NCBI GenBank assembly: GCA_020184695.1 | Contig: JAANOX010000227.1 | Span: 1-64,000, forward strand | Source of the DNA: Histomonas meleagridis 2922-C6/04-290x | Lineage: Eukaryota; Protista; Parabasalia | Direction: 5' to 3' | Length of the DNA stretch: 64,000 bases | Shown: positions 46,505-59,257 of the stretch, in pieces | Layout of the letters: the number at the start of each line of letters is the position of its first letter | Position numbering within the stretch: position 1 is the first letter of the stretch | Position numbers and translations under genes: made by a program | The notes under the pieces: model-generated | What the model was told of the DNA's origin: nothing | What the model saw: the letters and a program-made list of their open reading frames with translations, nothing else | Database searches by the model: none

Positions 46505-48403
46505 ATGAGCATTCTTCTTTTCATTTTTATAAGAACGGCACATCAAACATATTATGATTCAAGCAATCAAACACTTATAATTACAACAGATCAATACTAT
46601 ATTGAAGAAGATTACAAAAATGCAAAAAACATTTTCATATACAAAATTTCTTCGATAAATACAAATAACTTTCAAGAATTTTCTAACTTTACATTTTTAC
46701 TTATTGGAGATTCTGTACATACAATTGGAGCTGATGCATTTAATAAATGTGAAAAGCTATCATCAGTAATTATTGGCAATAATGTGAAATTAATTGACAG
46801 TAGAGCATTTGCTTTTTGCATAAGTTTGCAAGGTGTTGACATTCCAGATTCTGTTACTCAGATTAATCTTGAGGTGTTTCATGGATGTTCAAATTTAACA
46901 TACCTGACAATTGGGGAAAAAGTTCAAAATATTAATGATCAAGCATTTAAATTGTGTACAAGCTTGCAAAGTGTTGAAATTCCAGATTCTGTTAATTATA
47001 TTGGTATTGAAGCATTTTATAAATGTTTTAATTTAGTTAATTTAACTATTGGGAAAAATGTTCAAACTATTGATCAGCGAGCATTTGAATCGTGTACAAG
47101 CTTATTAAGTGTTGAAATTCCTGATTCTGTTAATTATATTGGTGACCAAGCATTTTATGGGTGTTCAAACTTAACGAAACTAATTATCGGCGATGGAATA
47201 AATATAATAAATTCTGGTCAATTCAAAGAATGCAACAATTTGGAAGTAATTGTTGTCGGTAATGGTGTTACATCTATTACAGATGATTCATTTGATGGAT
47301 TAAAAAATTTAAAAAAATTAGTAATTGGAGAAAGTATCAAAAATTTTGGAGAACGTGTATTTCGTGATTGCACTAATATTGAAACAATTTATTTTAATGG
47401 AACAGAACAACCTTATTTTGGATCTGAATCATTTCTAAATGTAAATGCTATAGTAATAACAAATGATGATTATAATGGATCATTCAATGACATGACAACC
47501 ATTAAAATTGGGAATCTTTCAACACATACATTTAGTAGATCAAATGCATTCACTCAATCCAGTATATTCACTAAATCAAATACATTATCCAAGACAAATA
47601 CATTCACTAAATCAAATGTATTTACTATATCAAGTACATTATCTGAGTCAAATACATTTAGTAAATCAAATATATTTACAAAGTCAAATACATTTTCTAA
47701 ATCTAATACATTATCTGAGTCAAGTACATTGTCTGAATCAAATACATTTTCGAAATCAAATATATTTTCAACAAATACATTCACAAAATCAAATACATAT
47801 TCTAAATCTAGTACATTTTCGAAATCAAATATGTTTTCAACAAACTCATTTACAAAATCAAATACATTAACTAAAACAAATACATTCACAAAATCGAATA
47901 CATATTCAGAATCGAATACGTTTTCATTATCAAATATATCAAGTTCATATATTTTAACACATTCTTTATCAATGATAACATCATTTTCCAAAGTTATAAC
48001 TTTATCAAACACTTATTCACTTTCTTTATTTAATTCAAAATTTACTTACGTTTATTCAAAATTTATATTTTATGATTATACAGTTGTTTATTATTCGACA
48101 TATATCAGTTTTTATTCTAATTTTTATACAAATCTCAAGACGAAAGATATTAATCAAGAAAAACAACTTTCGAAAGGATTTCTTATTGGAATTATTTGTG
48201 GAACAGTTTTAATTATAATGATTATTATCACATTAATTGTTTTTATATTTCGTCATCAACAAAATAAAGAACGAACGAAAGTTACGAAAACACAAAGTGA
48301 TAAAAGTTCACATTATACATCATCGATTAGCAATGGAAACAAAGTTAGTGCAGATCAAAGGATTAACGAATATGTTCTTGGTGAAAATGATCAATGGATT
48401 TAA
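46505..48403 (+). CDS. BspA-like LRR surface protein, copy 3 (intact)
   Basis: Signal MSILLFIFIRTA, IPDSVNYIG repeats, SKSNTF stalk, TM, tail YVLGENDQWI*. Confidence 0.9.
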   Translation: MSILLFIFIRTAHQTYYDSSNQTLIITTDQYYIEEDYKNAKNIFIYKISSINTNNFQEFSNFTFLLIGDSVHTIGADAFNKCEKLSSVIIGNNVKLIDSRAFAFCISLQGVDIPDSVTQINLEVFHGCSNLTYLTIGEKVQNINDQAFKLCTSLQSVEIPDSVNYIGIEAFYKCFNLVNLTIGKNVQTIDQRAFESCTSLLSVEIPDSVNYIGDQAFYGCSNLTKLIIGDGINIINSGQFKECNNLEVIVVGNGVTSITDDSFDGLKNLKKLVIGESIKNFGERVFRDCTNIETIYFNGTEQPYFGSESFLNVNAIVITNDDYNGSFNDMTTIKIGNLSTHTFSRSNAFTQSSIFTKSNTLSKTNTFTKSNVFTISSTLSESNTFSKSNIFTKSNTFSKSNTLSESSTLSESNTFSKSNIFSTNTFTKSNTYSKSSTFSKSNMFSTNSFTKSNTLTKTNTFTKSNTYSESNTFSLSNISSSYILTHSLSMITSFSKVITLSNTYSLSLFNSKFTYVYSKFIFYDYTVVYYSTYISFYSNFYTNLKTKDINQEKQLSKGFLIGIICGTVLIIMIIITLIVFIFRHQQNKERTKVTKTQSDKSSHYTSSISNGNKVSADQRINEYVLGENDQWI

Positions 48404-48927
48404 TGAATTCCATATAAACTATTTTTATATCGGTTTCTATTTAGAAATTTAATAAAAATAAACTAGATTTTAAAAATGTTTTGTTTTTTTAGATAAATGT
48501 TGGGATATAAACAAAAATTCGAAACTCGGCAATGAATAAACTTTTTATCAAATTTGTGTGTATTTATAGATAAAAATTTTTTCCTATTTTAAATATATAA
48601 AATGAGCAAAAATAATACATAAAACATAGAATGGATTTTTTCAACAAGTTCCTATTTGATATATTCAATATTTTTCCTTATTTAAAATGTAATAATCAAC
48701 TTTCGTCATAATATTTCAACACTGTTCTGCCATATTCATTTAATACATTTTATTAAAAACAACTTTAAACCCACTCAAAATTGTAAATTCAATGATTTCA
48801 ATTTTTAAGAGTGATCATCCTAAATTGGCATTCATGTTTTCAAAAATTCTTGTTTTGAGAAAACAAGACATTTTTGTATATATGACTCATTAAATTAACA
48901 GAAAATATTTCATTGATATTTTTTTTA

Positions 48928-50286
48928 ATGGAAGAGAAGAGTTTTTCATTGATTCGTATTATTATTATAAGTTCATCAACATTTTCATATACTTTCATGT
49001 TTTTCTCAATATTTGCATTATCCTCTCCTCTTATACGTCAACTTAAGTTTTCAGAATCAATAAATCAATTATTTTCATCATTTCCACCAATCTGTGGTGC
49101 AATATTTCATCCATTAATTGGTTTTTGGAGTGATCGTACTAAGTGTAAATGGGGTAGAAGGCGTCCGTATATATTAATAGGTCAAATTGGAACAACAATT
49201 GGAATTTTTCTTCAAGTTACTGTTTTTAAGTTCATTAACAAAAATATGATTAACTTAAGAAGAACACTTTTCATTATATCTTTTACTATTTTAAATATTT
49301 TCGCTCAATTTCTTCAGGCACCTCTTCGTCCACTTATTGGTGATATTCTTCCAAAAAATCAACAAACAATTGGAAATTCAGTTGTTACCCAATTACAAGG
49401 AATTGGTTCTGTTATTTCTTCTCTTATTGGTTATTTTCTTACGCTGCATAAAAATAATGATTTTTTTAAGCCTGAATTTTTTCATCCAATTTTCTCTTTA
49501 ACAGTTTCAATAATTGGAACAATTTTAACTTTGGTTTTCGCAAAAGAAAAAAATTCATTTTCAACTGTAACAGAAGATGACATTAAAAAAAAACTTACCA
49601 TAAAAGATTCTATAAAATACATCAAAGAATTCCCAAAATGTGTTTTTACTGCTGCCATTTTTCTTCTCTTTTCATGGGCAGCTTATTATCCATTTGCTTA
49701 CAATGCCACATCATATTATGCTATTGATATATACAAGGCTGATATAAATGATTCAGATTCACAGGAATTCACTAATGGATTAGGCTTTGGAATGTTAATG
49801 TTAGCAGCTCTTAATGCTGTTGTATACTTTTCATGCCTTTTAAACCCTTTAATTTTTCGTTTGGTGGATGAAAGAATACCAATAATAATATCTGAATTGT
49901 TGTTAGCAGTGGTTTTATTCTTGTGTGTAATAGTGAATAATAAATGGATAATAACTGTATTATTTTCATTAATTGGATATACATTAGCAATTTTTTCAAC
50001 AACACCATATATAATAGTCTCTTTAAATGTACCAAACGAAATGATGGGACTAATAATGGGATCATTAAATATATTCTTAGTTATAGGACAAATACTTTCA
50101 CAAGTATTAATTTGTCCATTTGTTGCATCTGATAAAAAATGGGTCAAAGGTCGCATTGGACCTGTTATTGCAGTTGGTTCTCCTTTTGCAGTTTTAGCAG
50201 CAATCTGTGGTTTCTTTATGAAACAACCGAATGATATATCGACTTCAGATATCTCAGAATCATCTGAAAGTTTTCAAATAAAATAA
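48928..50286 (+). CDS. MFS sugar/H+ symporter (SUC/SLC45-like)
   Basis: About 12 hydrophobic segments; PLIGFWSDRTKCKWGRRRPYIL; QAPLRPLIGD. Confidence 0.85.
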   Translation: MEEKSFSLIRIIIISSSTFSYTFMFFSIFALSSPLIRQLKFSESINQLFSSFPPICGAIFHPLIGFWSDRTKCKWGRRRPYILIGQIGTTIGIFLQVTVFKFINKNMINLRRTLFIISFTILNIFAQFLQAPLRPLIGDILPKNQQTIGNSVVTQLQGIGSVISSLIGYFLTLHKNNDFFKPEFFHPIFSLTVSIIGTILTLVFAKEKNSFSTVTEDDIKKKLTIKDSIKYIKEFPKCVFTAAIFLLFSWAAYYPFAYNATSYYAIDIYKADINDSDSQEFTNGLGFGMLMLAALNAVVYFSCLLNPLIFRLVDERIPIIISELLLAVVLFLCVIVNNKWIITVLFSLIGYTLAIFSTTPYIIVSLNVPNEMMGLIMGSLNIFLVIGQILSQVLICPFVASDKKWVKGRIGPVIAVGSPFAVLAAICGFFMKQPNDISTSDISESSESFQIK

Positions 50287-50373
50287 CAATTTAACATTAA
50301 ATTTTATTTATTTAATTTATATGCTTATATTCATAAAAATTATATATTAAATTAAAAATAAATTTTATATTTG

Positions 50374-51651
50374 TTAATCAAATTCAATTTCTTCTCCAGT
50401 GTTCGTGTTAATTACTAATTTCGCAGTCAGATATTTCGATATTAATCTTTTATCATATTCTTCGCATTCATTATCATCTGAATCTTCAAGAAGTACGTCC
50501 GGATTATCTCTACAAATCTGTAAACTTGGTGCACATGGAAGATGTCTAATGTTTTCGATCACTTTTTCGTAAATCATTTGAATGTGTTCTGGTGTATTTA
50601 AGTTCTCCATATTTGATGGCTGTAAATGAAGCTTATAATCAGGTCCGTAGTATCCAAGGTATTCATGTTCTGGTAATTTATCCTCAATTACTTCATCAAG
50701 TAAAATTGATGTTTCATATGCCCAACATCTCGCAACATTTCGGACAGTATACCCGCCGCCGCCTGCTACAAGAAGTGGTATGCCGAAACCTTTGATAAAC
50801 TCAACACATGAAGCATGTCCTTTGATTGTTAAATTAAAGCACCCTAAACGGTCGCCTGTTAATGAGTCAGAACCGCACTGAAGCAAAATCGCTTGCGGCC
50901 TGTACCACGCTATAAGCTTACTTAGAATTGGCTTAAACAACCCTTCATAACTTTCGTCATCAATCCCATCGCGTAATGGTATGTTAACTGCATAATGTTT
51001 TCCTTTTCCAATTCCAATGTCATCATAATGACCAGTTCCTGGAAAGAAATCTCCGTATTTATGGAACGAAACAGTGAGAACACGATCTGTGGTATAAAAA
51101 GCTTCTTCAACGCCATCCCCATGATGGATGTCGATATCAATGTACATAACTCGATCATAACGATCAAGAAGTTCGAGAATACCGAGAACACAATCGGCAA
51201 CATAACAAAAGCCAGAAGCTTCGCCCTTTTTTGCATGGTGAAGTCCTCCAGCCCAGTTGATGGCGATATCAGCACGACCAGAATTAAGCTCACGTGCTGC
51301 TGAAATTGAACCACCTGCTGAGATTTGACAGAACTCAAAGAGTCCTTCGAAAATTGGTGAGTCATCTCCGACTCCAAATTTATCGCTTAATTCTTTTTGA
51401 TTTTGTGTATTTTCAGGAGTTGACATCTGAAGGAATTGGATGTATTCATCAGTGTGAAATCTTGTCATGTTAGTAGCAGTTGCTCTCATTGGTCTACATA
51501 CTCTCATTTTTTTATGAAGATCATAGGCAAGAATAAGATTATGCGTCATTTTAATACGGTGTGGTTTCATGGGGTGATTTTGATGATAATAGAAATTTCC
51601 AACATCTTCATCATAAAAATAAACAATTCTGTTGTTTCTTTTTGGCTCCAT
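50374..51651 (-). CDS. Class I histone deacetylase (Rpd3/HDAC1-like)
   Basis: [45 protein letters not shown]. Confidence 0.97.
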   Translation of the reverse strand: MEPKRNNRIVYFYDEDVGNFYYHQNHPMKPHRIKMTHNLILAYDLHKKMRVCRPMRATATNMTRFHTDEYIQFLQMSTPENTQNQKELSDKFGVGDDSPIFEGLFEFCQISAGGSISAARELNSGRADIAINWAGGLHHAKKGEASGFCYVADCVLGILELLDRYDRVMYIDIDIHHGDGVEEAFYTTDRVLTVSFHKYGDFFPGTGHYDDIGIGKGKHYAVNIPLRDGIDDESYEGLFKPILSKLIAWYRPQAILLQCGSDSLTGDRLGCFNLTIKGHASCVEFIKGFGIPLLVAGGGGYTVRNVARCWAYETSILLDEVIEDKLPEHEYLGYYGPDYKLHLQPSNMENLNTPEHIQMIYEKVIENIRHLPCAPSLQICRDNPDVLLEDSDDNECEEYDKRLISKYLTAKLVINTNTGEEIEFD

Positions 51652-51726
51652 TTTTGTGAGGTGGATATTGACAAACTCTGTTCGAATAATTATTATGAAA
51701 AAAAGTAAAAAAATCCAGAACGATAT

Positions 51727-52212
51727 TTACTTAGCGCTTTTGACTGGTTTGGTAGGTGCTGCGAGGACGATCTGAACATTTGTTGGTGGAGAAGCATAGC
51801 ACTTCACACGACCGTGTGCTTGGTGGATACGACGATAACGGTACATTCTTGCATAGTTGCATTGAACATGCGCAATGATAAGGTTGTCAACATCAACTTC
51901 TGGTTTTTGAGAAGCACCTGCTAAGGCATTCTTGATTAATTTTATGTATAACTTAGCAGATTTTTCTGGCCACCTTGATGAAGGACAGCCCCATTCCTTA
52001 CCTTGGGCATGGTGTGGAATACCTTCGTTATAGCGGAAGAATGGAACAGCACGTTTGTGTTCGATAACAGCTTCGAGATATGCAAGAGCCTTGGTAACTT
52101 TCATGCCCTTGATAGCACAGCCTGTTTCGAACATTGGCTTAAAGTGAACGCGTTCGGTTGGGGTGCAAGCCTTAAGAACGGGAGCCCCTGTGGATTTGTA
52201 AGTGTACTTCAT
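51727..52212 (-). CDS. RPL17: 60S ribosomal protein L17 (uL22)
   Basis: VHFKPMFETGCAIKGM, RWPEKSA, RIHQAHGR. Confidence 0.95.
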   Translation of the reverse strand: MKYTYKSTGAPVLKACTPTERVHFKPMFETGCAIKGMKVTKALAYLEAVIEHKRAVPFFRYNEGIPHHAQGKEWGCPSSRWPEKSAKLYIKLIKNALAGASQKPEVDVDNLIIAHVQCNYARMYRYRRIHQAHGRVKCYASPPTNVQIVLAAPTKPVKSAK

Positions 52213-52215
52213 CTG

Positions 52216-52220
52216 AAAGG
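52216..52220 (-). promoter_or_regulatory. M5-type motif CCTTT
   Basis: CACCTTTCAG-ATG, with upstream GCGGTT/ACGGTT M3-like motifs. Confidence 0.55.
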
Positions 52221-52454
52221 TGCGACCATAACCGTCAAAACCATCATAACCGCTTTTTTGAACAACGTAAAATAATTTTCAATGTGTAAATGGTCAAATG
52301 ATCAAACCACTTTAATCTTAAGATTCCTATGTTAAGTTTATATTAAACAGTAATTAATAGTTACAAACATTCACTAAACCTAAAATATGTGAAATAAAAA
52401 GCTAAAATTCATGATTCGATTATTATTGATTTTTTATTTTTAAAAGATTTGGTT

Positions 52455-52760
<306 letters not shown>

Positions 52761-52906
52761 TTAAAAAAATGGCACTTTCGATCATCATTCATTTTTAGCG
52801 CCAAAAAGCTATTACTAAATGACGTTTTAGACCCATATGTATTGAGAGAAAAAATTTTGATTTTCTGTAGTCAAACCGAGGGAAATGGCGGGGTATAATT
52901 TTCGCC

Positions 52907-52912
52907 TCATTT
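52907..52912 (+). promoter_or_regulatory. Initiator (Inr) TCATTT upstream of H3
   Basis: TCATTT 6 nt before the ATG; similar TCACTT at 53998-54003 (- strand) before EF-1beta. Confidence 0.55.
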
Positions 52913-52918
52913 TTATAG

Positions 52919-53335
52919 ATGGCTCGTACAAAACAAACAGCTCGTAAATCTACTGGTGGTAAGACTCCACGTAAATCACTCGGTGCTAAGGCAGCTCGTA
53001 AGTCAACACCTGTTGTTGATTCACAAGGTGCTAAGAAGCAACATCGTTTCAGACCAGGCACAGTTGCTCTTCGTGAAATTCGTAAATACCAAAAGAGCAC
53101 AGATCTTTTAATCCGTAAGCTTCCATTCCAACGTCTTGTTCGTGAAATTGCATCAGGATTTCGTGGAGATCTTCGTTTCCAATCATCAGCTATCGCAGCT
53201 CTTCAAGAAGCCTCAGAAGCTTACCTTGTTGGTCTCTTTGAAGATACAAACCTTTGCGCAATTCATGCAAACCGTGTTACTATTATGGAACGTGATGTTC
53301 AACTTGCACAACGCATTCGTGGCGAACGTAACTAA
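52919..53335 (+). CDS. H3: Histone H3 (divergent pair with H4)
   Basis: [28 protein letters not shown]...[14 protein letters not shown]. Confidence 0.99.
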   Translation: MARTKQTARKSTGGKTPRKSLGAKAARKSTPVVDSQGAKKQHRFRPGTVALREIRKYQKSTDLLIRKLPFQRLVREIASGFRGDLRFQSSAIAALQEASEAYLVGLFEDTNLCAIHANRVTIMERDVQLAQRIRGERN

Positions 53336-53618
53336 ATTTATTAAAAATATATTTCTTTTGTTTAATTTTTACCATTTCAATTTTTTAATGACAATTTGAT
53401 AAAAAATTATTTAAAGATTTGAATATCTAATTATTGCATAATAAGTTGTTCACATTAATGAAATAAAAAATATTACTCTTTGGTGAATAATTGATTAAGT
53501 TTGTAAATTGATCAAAATTATTTTCAATAAAATTTTAAAAAAGATTAATGTACATTAATTTCTTATTCGAATAAGAAAAACTAAAAACTTTTAAAAGATA
53601 TTAAATATCGATCTTTAT

Positions 53619-53990
53619 TTAGATCTTTTGGAAAGCAATGATTTCAGTGCTTGCGACAAGATCATCCCAGCTTTCGATCTTTTCTTGGATTCCGTCGACT
53701 GAAACATCATCTGTAACAACAGCACCAAGGAGGATAGCAACAAGACCGAAGTAAAGTGGCTTCCTTTCGGACTTACCCCAAAGGAGACCTTCTTCTTTGA
53801 TTTCGGTACGGATCTTGTTTTCAAGATCGTCAAGGTTAACTTCGGTATCAGCTGGGCTGATTTGGAGAACGAGTGTTGACTTGCCAACAGCTTCCTTCTT
53901 TTCCTTCTTTTGAACGTTCTTCTTGGCTTCTTCTTCAGCAGCCTTTTCTTCTGGTGTAGCTTCAGCAAATGGATCAATATCGTCGGACAT
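53619..53990 (-). CDS. EEF1B: Elongation factor 1-beta, short form (GEF domain only)
   Basis: IDPFAE, GKSTLVLQISPADTEVNLDDLE, GLLWGKS, STEIIAFQKI. Confidence 0.9.
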   Translation of the reverse strand: MSDDIDPFAEATPEEKAAEEEAKKNVQKKEKKEAVGKSTLVLQISPADTEVNLDDLENKIRTEIKEEGLLWGKSERKPLYFGLVAILLGAVVTDDVSVDGIQEKIESWDDLVASTEIIAFQKI

Positions 53991-54818
53991 CCGAAAAAAG
54001 TGAAGTCATTTAGGGCCATGGTGAGCCGTTAAGCATGTGGTCGATCTATTGAATAGTTTACGAAAATCATCTCTTTTTGTTCATGTGATTTTTCTTTTTC
54101 TTTTTGTTTTCTTTTACCTTTAATCCAATTGTTTTCGTATAAAACAAGCTTCCGCTTGCAGGTTTTTTATATAATTTTTTTTCTACAAATTCAAATTATA
54201 TTTTTTATAATGATCTTTTGTTGAAAAAAAAATTAAGTACAATTGTATTAAATAAAATCAATTTTCATTTCTTGTTTAAGTAATTAAGATTAAACATTTG
54301 AAGATAAATTTCATAAATATTATTTCTGATTGTTTGGTTCCATTTATTTTCAGTAGTTTACAATTTTCAGTGTGTCACATCACATTTCAGCGCCGAATAA
54401 TAATATTATTTTTCATTGCAAAATATTATTTTTTTACAATATGTAACATTAAAAATAATCTTATATGAAATAAATGATACAAAATTATTTTTTTAAACAG
54501 TTTTGGTATGTATTTGACTATTAATTATATATTTTTCGATCAAAAATTTATAAAACATCATGATAAGATAAATTCATGTTTATATTTTATTTATTTGATC
54601 AATTCTTAATTCATTAACGTATAATATATAATGAATTTTTTTTTATTTAACGGTAAGCAAAAGAAAAACCCGATAACAATAGTTACGGGCACGGTTATAG
54701 TACAAGTAAATTATTGAATTTTTTTATTTCCTATCAAAAAGAGGTTTGACAGCGTTGTATCAAATGTTAGGCATAAACCGTCAATTTTGAATAATAGTTA
54801 TCGGTTTAAAAGCACAAA

Positions 54819-57800
54819 ATGTCTGAAGACCCTCTTGCCGCCTTTGAAGCAACGTTAGTGTCTCATGATCCATCAGTCATCCCCATGGATGCTCAAATTG
54901 CTTCACCTGAACCACCACTGTTTAACCAACATGATGTACCATATGAAGGACTTTATATGCAAGGAAATAGTGATTTTCAACAATTAGATACTCTCCAGAA
55001 GCTTATTGATGATACCAGTGCTCTTATCCCATTTCTATATAGCTATCGTAGTGTTTCAAGAGCCATTTATAATCCAGAAAACCATATCAAGGCAGTTGAG
55101 AACGATCCGAAGAAAAGCGAAGAGATTATGAAACTTTTCCTTGCTGTATTCTCACCCTATTTTGAAAAAATCTGTGCATTACAAAGCTCACTTGAAGAAG
55201 CTACCAACTTTATTCGTTCCACCATTTGTTCTATGAAAGAACCACCATCCAATCTTTTCTTTGAGAAGCTTGTAGAGCTCTTTGATATCATTCTTAATCT
55301 TGAACAAATGAAATTGGTTAAAGTCGGCTTAACAGTTGATCTTTCATTATTCCGACGTCGTAAAGATCTTACAGCAGATGAGAAACAAGCCACTGCTACT
55401 CTTCCAATCTTCTTGGGATCACCCCATCACTCACTTAATCAACTTAAGAACTATTTCAAGAAAAATCCTAATCCTACAGCTAACAAGATCTTCATATGTT
55501 TCCTTGATTATTGTGTTAATTCATATCGTAAAGCAATCTTACCGAAACAAAAGCAAGCGTTAGTTATCTCAATGTTATCATCATTGTTTATCTTTGGTCA
55601 AAAAGCATTATCTTCCAAAGATAACATGTCCACCATTTATACAATGATATCAGAGCAACCATTAATACCATTAATTGGAGAAAATCATTTTGATGTTACT
55701 TCAATCTTTAAAGACATTGAAGGTTATAGTTTACCAAAAGGAATTACGATATATGCAGATAAAGAGAAACTTAAAGCAGCAAGTAGTCAATTCTTAATCA
55801 AGAACAAAATAATGAGTTTTCGAGAGACATATAAATCGAATCTTACAGCAATTAACTCTATAATTCGTGAAGGACAAGTCAAAGATACAAATACATTATA
55901 TGAAATATTATCATGTATTAGTGAAATGTCGAATGCTATTATGACCCAATTTGCATATAAATCAAGTTGTGTAGCATCAGCACCAGCAGGAACATCATTA
56001 TATGATTGTCAAGTTCGATTAAATTATTCACCAGAAGATCTTGATGCACTTATTGAAATCATTGGTAACATTAAAACTATCGCAGGTACCACATTAAAAG
56101 CAGAGCCTATTATTATGAAATATATTGATGAAACTGTAGGTCAAGTTATACAAAACTTTGTTCAAAATACTTTAGGTAATGCATTATCATCTGCTAAAAA
56201 GAAAGCACAAGATTCCGAAAAACTCTTTATCGCAATTCGTAATGTATTTGGTAAATTCGATGGTGGATTATCCCCATCACAAGTCACAAGTAAACCAGTT
56301 GGAGATGATAAATTATCTAAAATCCCACCAAGTATTCATCAATTAGAAATCCTTCGAGAACAAATCTATTTATTATTACAATCACCAAGTCCATTATATG
56401 ATAAGAAAGGGAAATTAATAAGTTCATTTAAACATACTGTTGATGAATTTGAATCATTCTTAGATGAAACTAATAATTATTCATTATTATTACAATATAC
56501 ACATAATATTCGTAAAGCTTCTAACTTAGGATCATTATGGTTTAGAGAAACAGCACTTGATATTGAAAGTAAGAATAATGGTATCTTACAATTCCCAGTA
56601 CGTTCATCATTACCATTTATTTTAGCAGAACATGTCTTAAATGCATCAGATAAATCATCATTACATGAATGTGTATTTTTCCCATTTGAAATATATAATG
56701 ATGCAGCATATTTAGCATTAAATACATTCCAATCACAATATCTTTATAAAGAAATTGAAGCAGAAGTTAGTGTATGTGTTGATATGATTTCATTCACATT
56801 TGCACATGCATTCTTTAAATTCTCACTTGAAGCTGCTGCTGCTGCACAATTACCAGCAGAATGTACAGGACAAATTAATCCTAAACCTATTCGTTATATG
56901 TCAATGGTTAAACAAAACACATTACAATTATTAGGATCACCAGTTGATTTTAATTTAATTACCACACAAAAGTTAAATGATACATTAGAAAAAGAATTAG
57001 GAAATTGTATTTCACGTATTACAGGTTTAGGAGCATTACCTTATGTATCACATTTATTAAAGGTATGTAAAGGTACACATAAATTCTTACGAAAGAATGG
57101 ATTATTATTAAATGATTTCGATTCAATTTGGGCTAGTGCAAGAATGGCACAACCTAATAACCCATCCACAAACTTAGCATCAGCATTAATTAATGTTGTC
57201 GATCCACCACATTTACGATTTAATTCAGTATCACGACGATTTTTACCAACAAAAGATTTAATGATATTACCACCTAATAATGAAGAATGGGCACATTTCT
57301 ATGTCCGCTTACATTTAAATGATTCTAAATTCATCGGAGCAGAACATTGTGCAGCATTAGTTGAAGTATTAGATGATGGTGAATTTACATCATTCATTAT
57401 TAATATTTTAGGACGTATTAACTTAGAAATTTCTAAATTCATTGACGTATATGCACAAGTAGCACCAGCTATGAGATTATTATCAGTTTCACCGAACGAA
57501 ACATTAGATACTTATTTCAACTTCATCACTGATGCATATTCCGAAATGAAACATCCACAACTTGGCGCATTATTTAACTCATTACGTAACGTGGGTAATC
57601 TCGTTGCGTTATTAAGTGTAATCGAAGGAGAAATGAAACCAATGAATCGTAATGTGTCTATAATGGCTTCTGTTGCTTCGATATTTAAGGCACATTTGAA
57701 TCAAAATAAGGATTTGTTCGTTGCGAATGAATTCGATCCTGTCAACGTAGTTAATCATCGAACTTTCCCTTCTGTTTGGTCTGTTTTGGAGTTCTTATTA

Positions 57801-58091
57801 TGTACTTCAAAACCTGTACAACTTTCAGATACTTTAACAATTTCACATCCAATCGAAACTTTCGGAGATGGCGTAATCATTGCAGCGCATTTGTTCATTT
57901 TGCTATCAGGCGAAGAAGGACTGTACCAGTACGACTCGATAGTAATGAGAGTGCTGCGCTTGTTCTTGGTAAGCGGAAACAACGGTAACTTGCCAAATTC
58001 GTTGACGAAGTTCATTAATTACGCGTCCATTACAAACCAGGCGAGGGTGTTCAGCGAGATATTGGCCAGCCCTTACGCAGACACGAAGTGA
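54819..58091 (+). CDS. CYFIP: CYFIP/Sra-1 (WAVE complex subunit)
   Basis: PFLYSYRSVSRA, SNLGSLWFRE, QFPVRSSLPFILAEHVL, YLYKEIEAEVSVCVD. Confidence 0.92.
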   Translation: MSEDPLAAFEATLVSHDPSVIPMDAQIASPEPPLFNQHDVPYEGLYMQGNSDFQQLDTLQKLIDDTSALIPFLYSYRSVSRAIYNPENHIKAVENDPKKSEEIMKLFLAVFSPYFEKICALQSSLEEATNFIRSTICSMKEPPSNLFFEKLVELFDIILNLEQMKLVKVGLTVDLSLFRRRKDLTADEKQATATLPIFLGSPHHSLNQLKNYFKKNPNPTANKIFICFLDYCVNSYRKAILPKQKQALVISMLSSLFIFGQKALSSKDNMSTIYTMISEQPLIPLIGENHFDVTSIFKDIEGYSLPKGITIYADKEKLKAASSQFLIKNKIMSFRETYKSNLTAINSIIREGQVKDTNTLYEILSCISEMSNAIMTQFAYKSSCVASAPAGTSLYDCQVRLNYSPEDLDALIEIIGNIKTIAGTTLKAEPIIMKYIDETVGQVIQNFVQNTLGNALSSAKKKAQDSEKLFIAIRNVFGKFDGGLSPSQVTSKPVGDDKLSKIPPSIHQLEILREQIYLLLQSPSPLYDKKGKLISSFKHTVDEFESFLDETNNYSLLLQYTHNIRKASNLGSLWFRETALDIESKNNGILQFPVRSSLPFILAEHVLNASDKSSLHECVFFPFEIYNDAAYLALNTFQSQYLYKEIEAEVSVCVDMISFTFAHAFFKFSLEAAAAAQLPAECTGQINPKPIRYMSMVKQNTLQLLGSPVDFNLITTQKLNDTLEKELGNCISRITGLGALPYVSHLLKVCKGTHKFLRKNGLLLNDFDSIWASARMAQPNNPSTNLASALINVVDPPHLRFNSVSRRFLPTKDLMILPPNNEEWAHFYVRLHLNDSKFIGAEHCAALVEVLDDGEFTSFIINILGRINLEISKFIDVYAQVAPAMRLLSVSPNETLDTYFNFITDAYSEMKHPQLGALFNSLRNVGNLVALLSVIEGEMKPMNRNVSIMASVASIFKAHLNQNKDLFVANEFDPVNVVNHRTFPSVWSVLEFLLCTSKPVQLSDTLTISHPIETFGDGVIIAAHLFILLSGEEGLYQYDSIVMRVLRLFLVSGNNGNLPNSLTKFINYASITNQARVFSEILASPYADTK

Positions 58092-58698
58092 GTAAAGCAT
58101 AATCAATTATGCAAACGCTTTTTCATTGGCATTTAATGTATGCGTATAACCAATGGAAATCTTTTGAGTTGTTGTCGATTTGAGGAAATTATCAAAAATG
58201 AAATAATTACAGGTGAAAATGTCAATTCTCAGCTGTGAATCACCACTTTTGACGATCGGTAGTTGAATTAATTTTGATCGTTTAGATGATTTTTTCAGAG
58301 AATTCCTCGATACAAAATTAATGATCCTCAGAAAAGGTTGTAAGACGTACTTTATTTTTTTTAAATTAAAAATAAATTATCGAAATTATATGAAATACAT
58401 GAAATGAGCAAAGAAAAAATAAACAACGACCAGATAAATTATGAAAAAGTGGGAAACTGAAGCTGCTGAATTGAAAAGTGGCATTTTTCTCGTTTTATAT
58501 TCTGATCTTTCATAATTTCTTACAACTATATGGAGTGAAATATATTTATTGATTTTGAGCGCTAGTTTATTTTCTTGTTGTCTTTGAGTATTTATACCCA
58601 TTTTGTTAGCAGTATCACTCGCCATATACACAATATTCAAAAAATGATATTTTTAGGAATTTTTAAATGCCATTATAAAAGCAATTATGAAAATTATC

Positions 58699-59257
58699 TT
58701 AGAACACAATACATTTTTGATTGTTTTCATTGGGGACAGGAGGCTGTTTTGTCTCTCTTAGCATTCTAACCATGGCAGCAAATGCTTCAGTGATACCAAT
58801 AGACGAGGCAGCTGAAGTTTCGAAATATTTTGCATTGAATGCCGCTGCGAGATCTTGACCTTGTTGTCTACTAATAACCCATCTTTGATCTTCATAATCC
58901 CATTTATTTGCAATTATAATAATCGGTACATCAATGCCTTGCTTTGACTTTAATAAATTCACGCAATGATTTTTAGCCTCTTCGAAAGTTATGATGTTAT
59001 CTACAGCATAAACAATCATGAAACCATCTCCTTGTTTATAATATCTTGGAAAAGATTCACAATCAATACCTGGGGTATCAACAACATCAAGCATTGTAGT
59101 TTTACCATCAATTTTTAGAGAATATTTATAATTTTCCTCTACTGTTGGATCACATTCCATAGTAAAGTAGTCATATAATAGAACACACAAAAAACTCACC
59201 GAAAATCATTACAAATGTATTATGTGTACGATATCAAGGGTTACAAACGCAGTTTTT
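58699..59257 (-). CDS. Ras-family small GTPase, 5' structure unresolved
   Basis: ECDPTVEENY, LDVVDTPG, NKWD, ETSA and CaaX CIVF. KTAFVT lies upstream in frame behind a stop-containing block; the rest of the P-loop was not found. Confidence 0.7.

Noticed and set aside
58386-58640. 84-aa ORF with hydrophobic C-terminus
   Set aside because: No ATG start or family signature; insufficient support.
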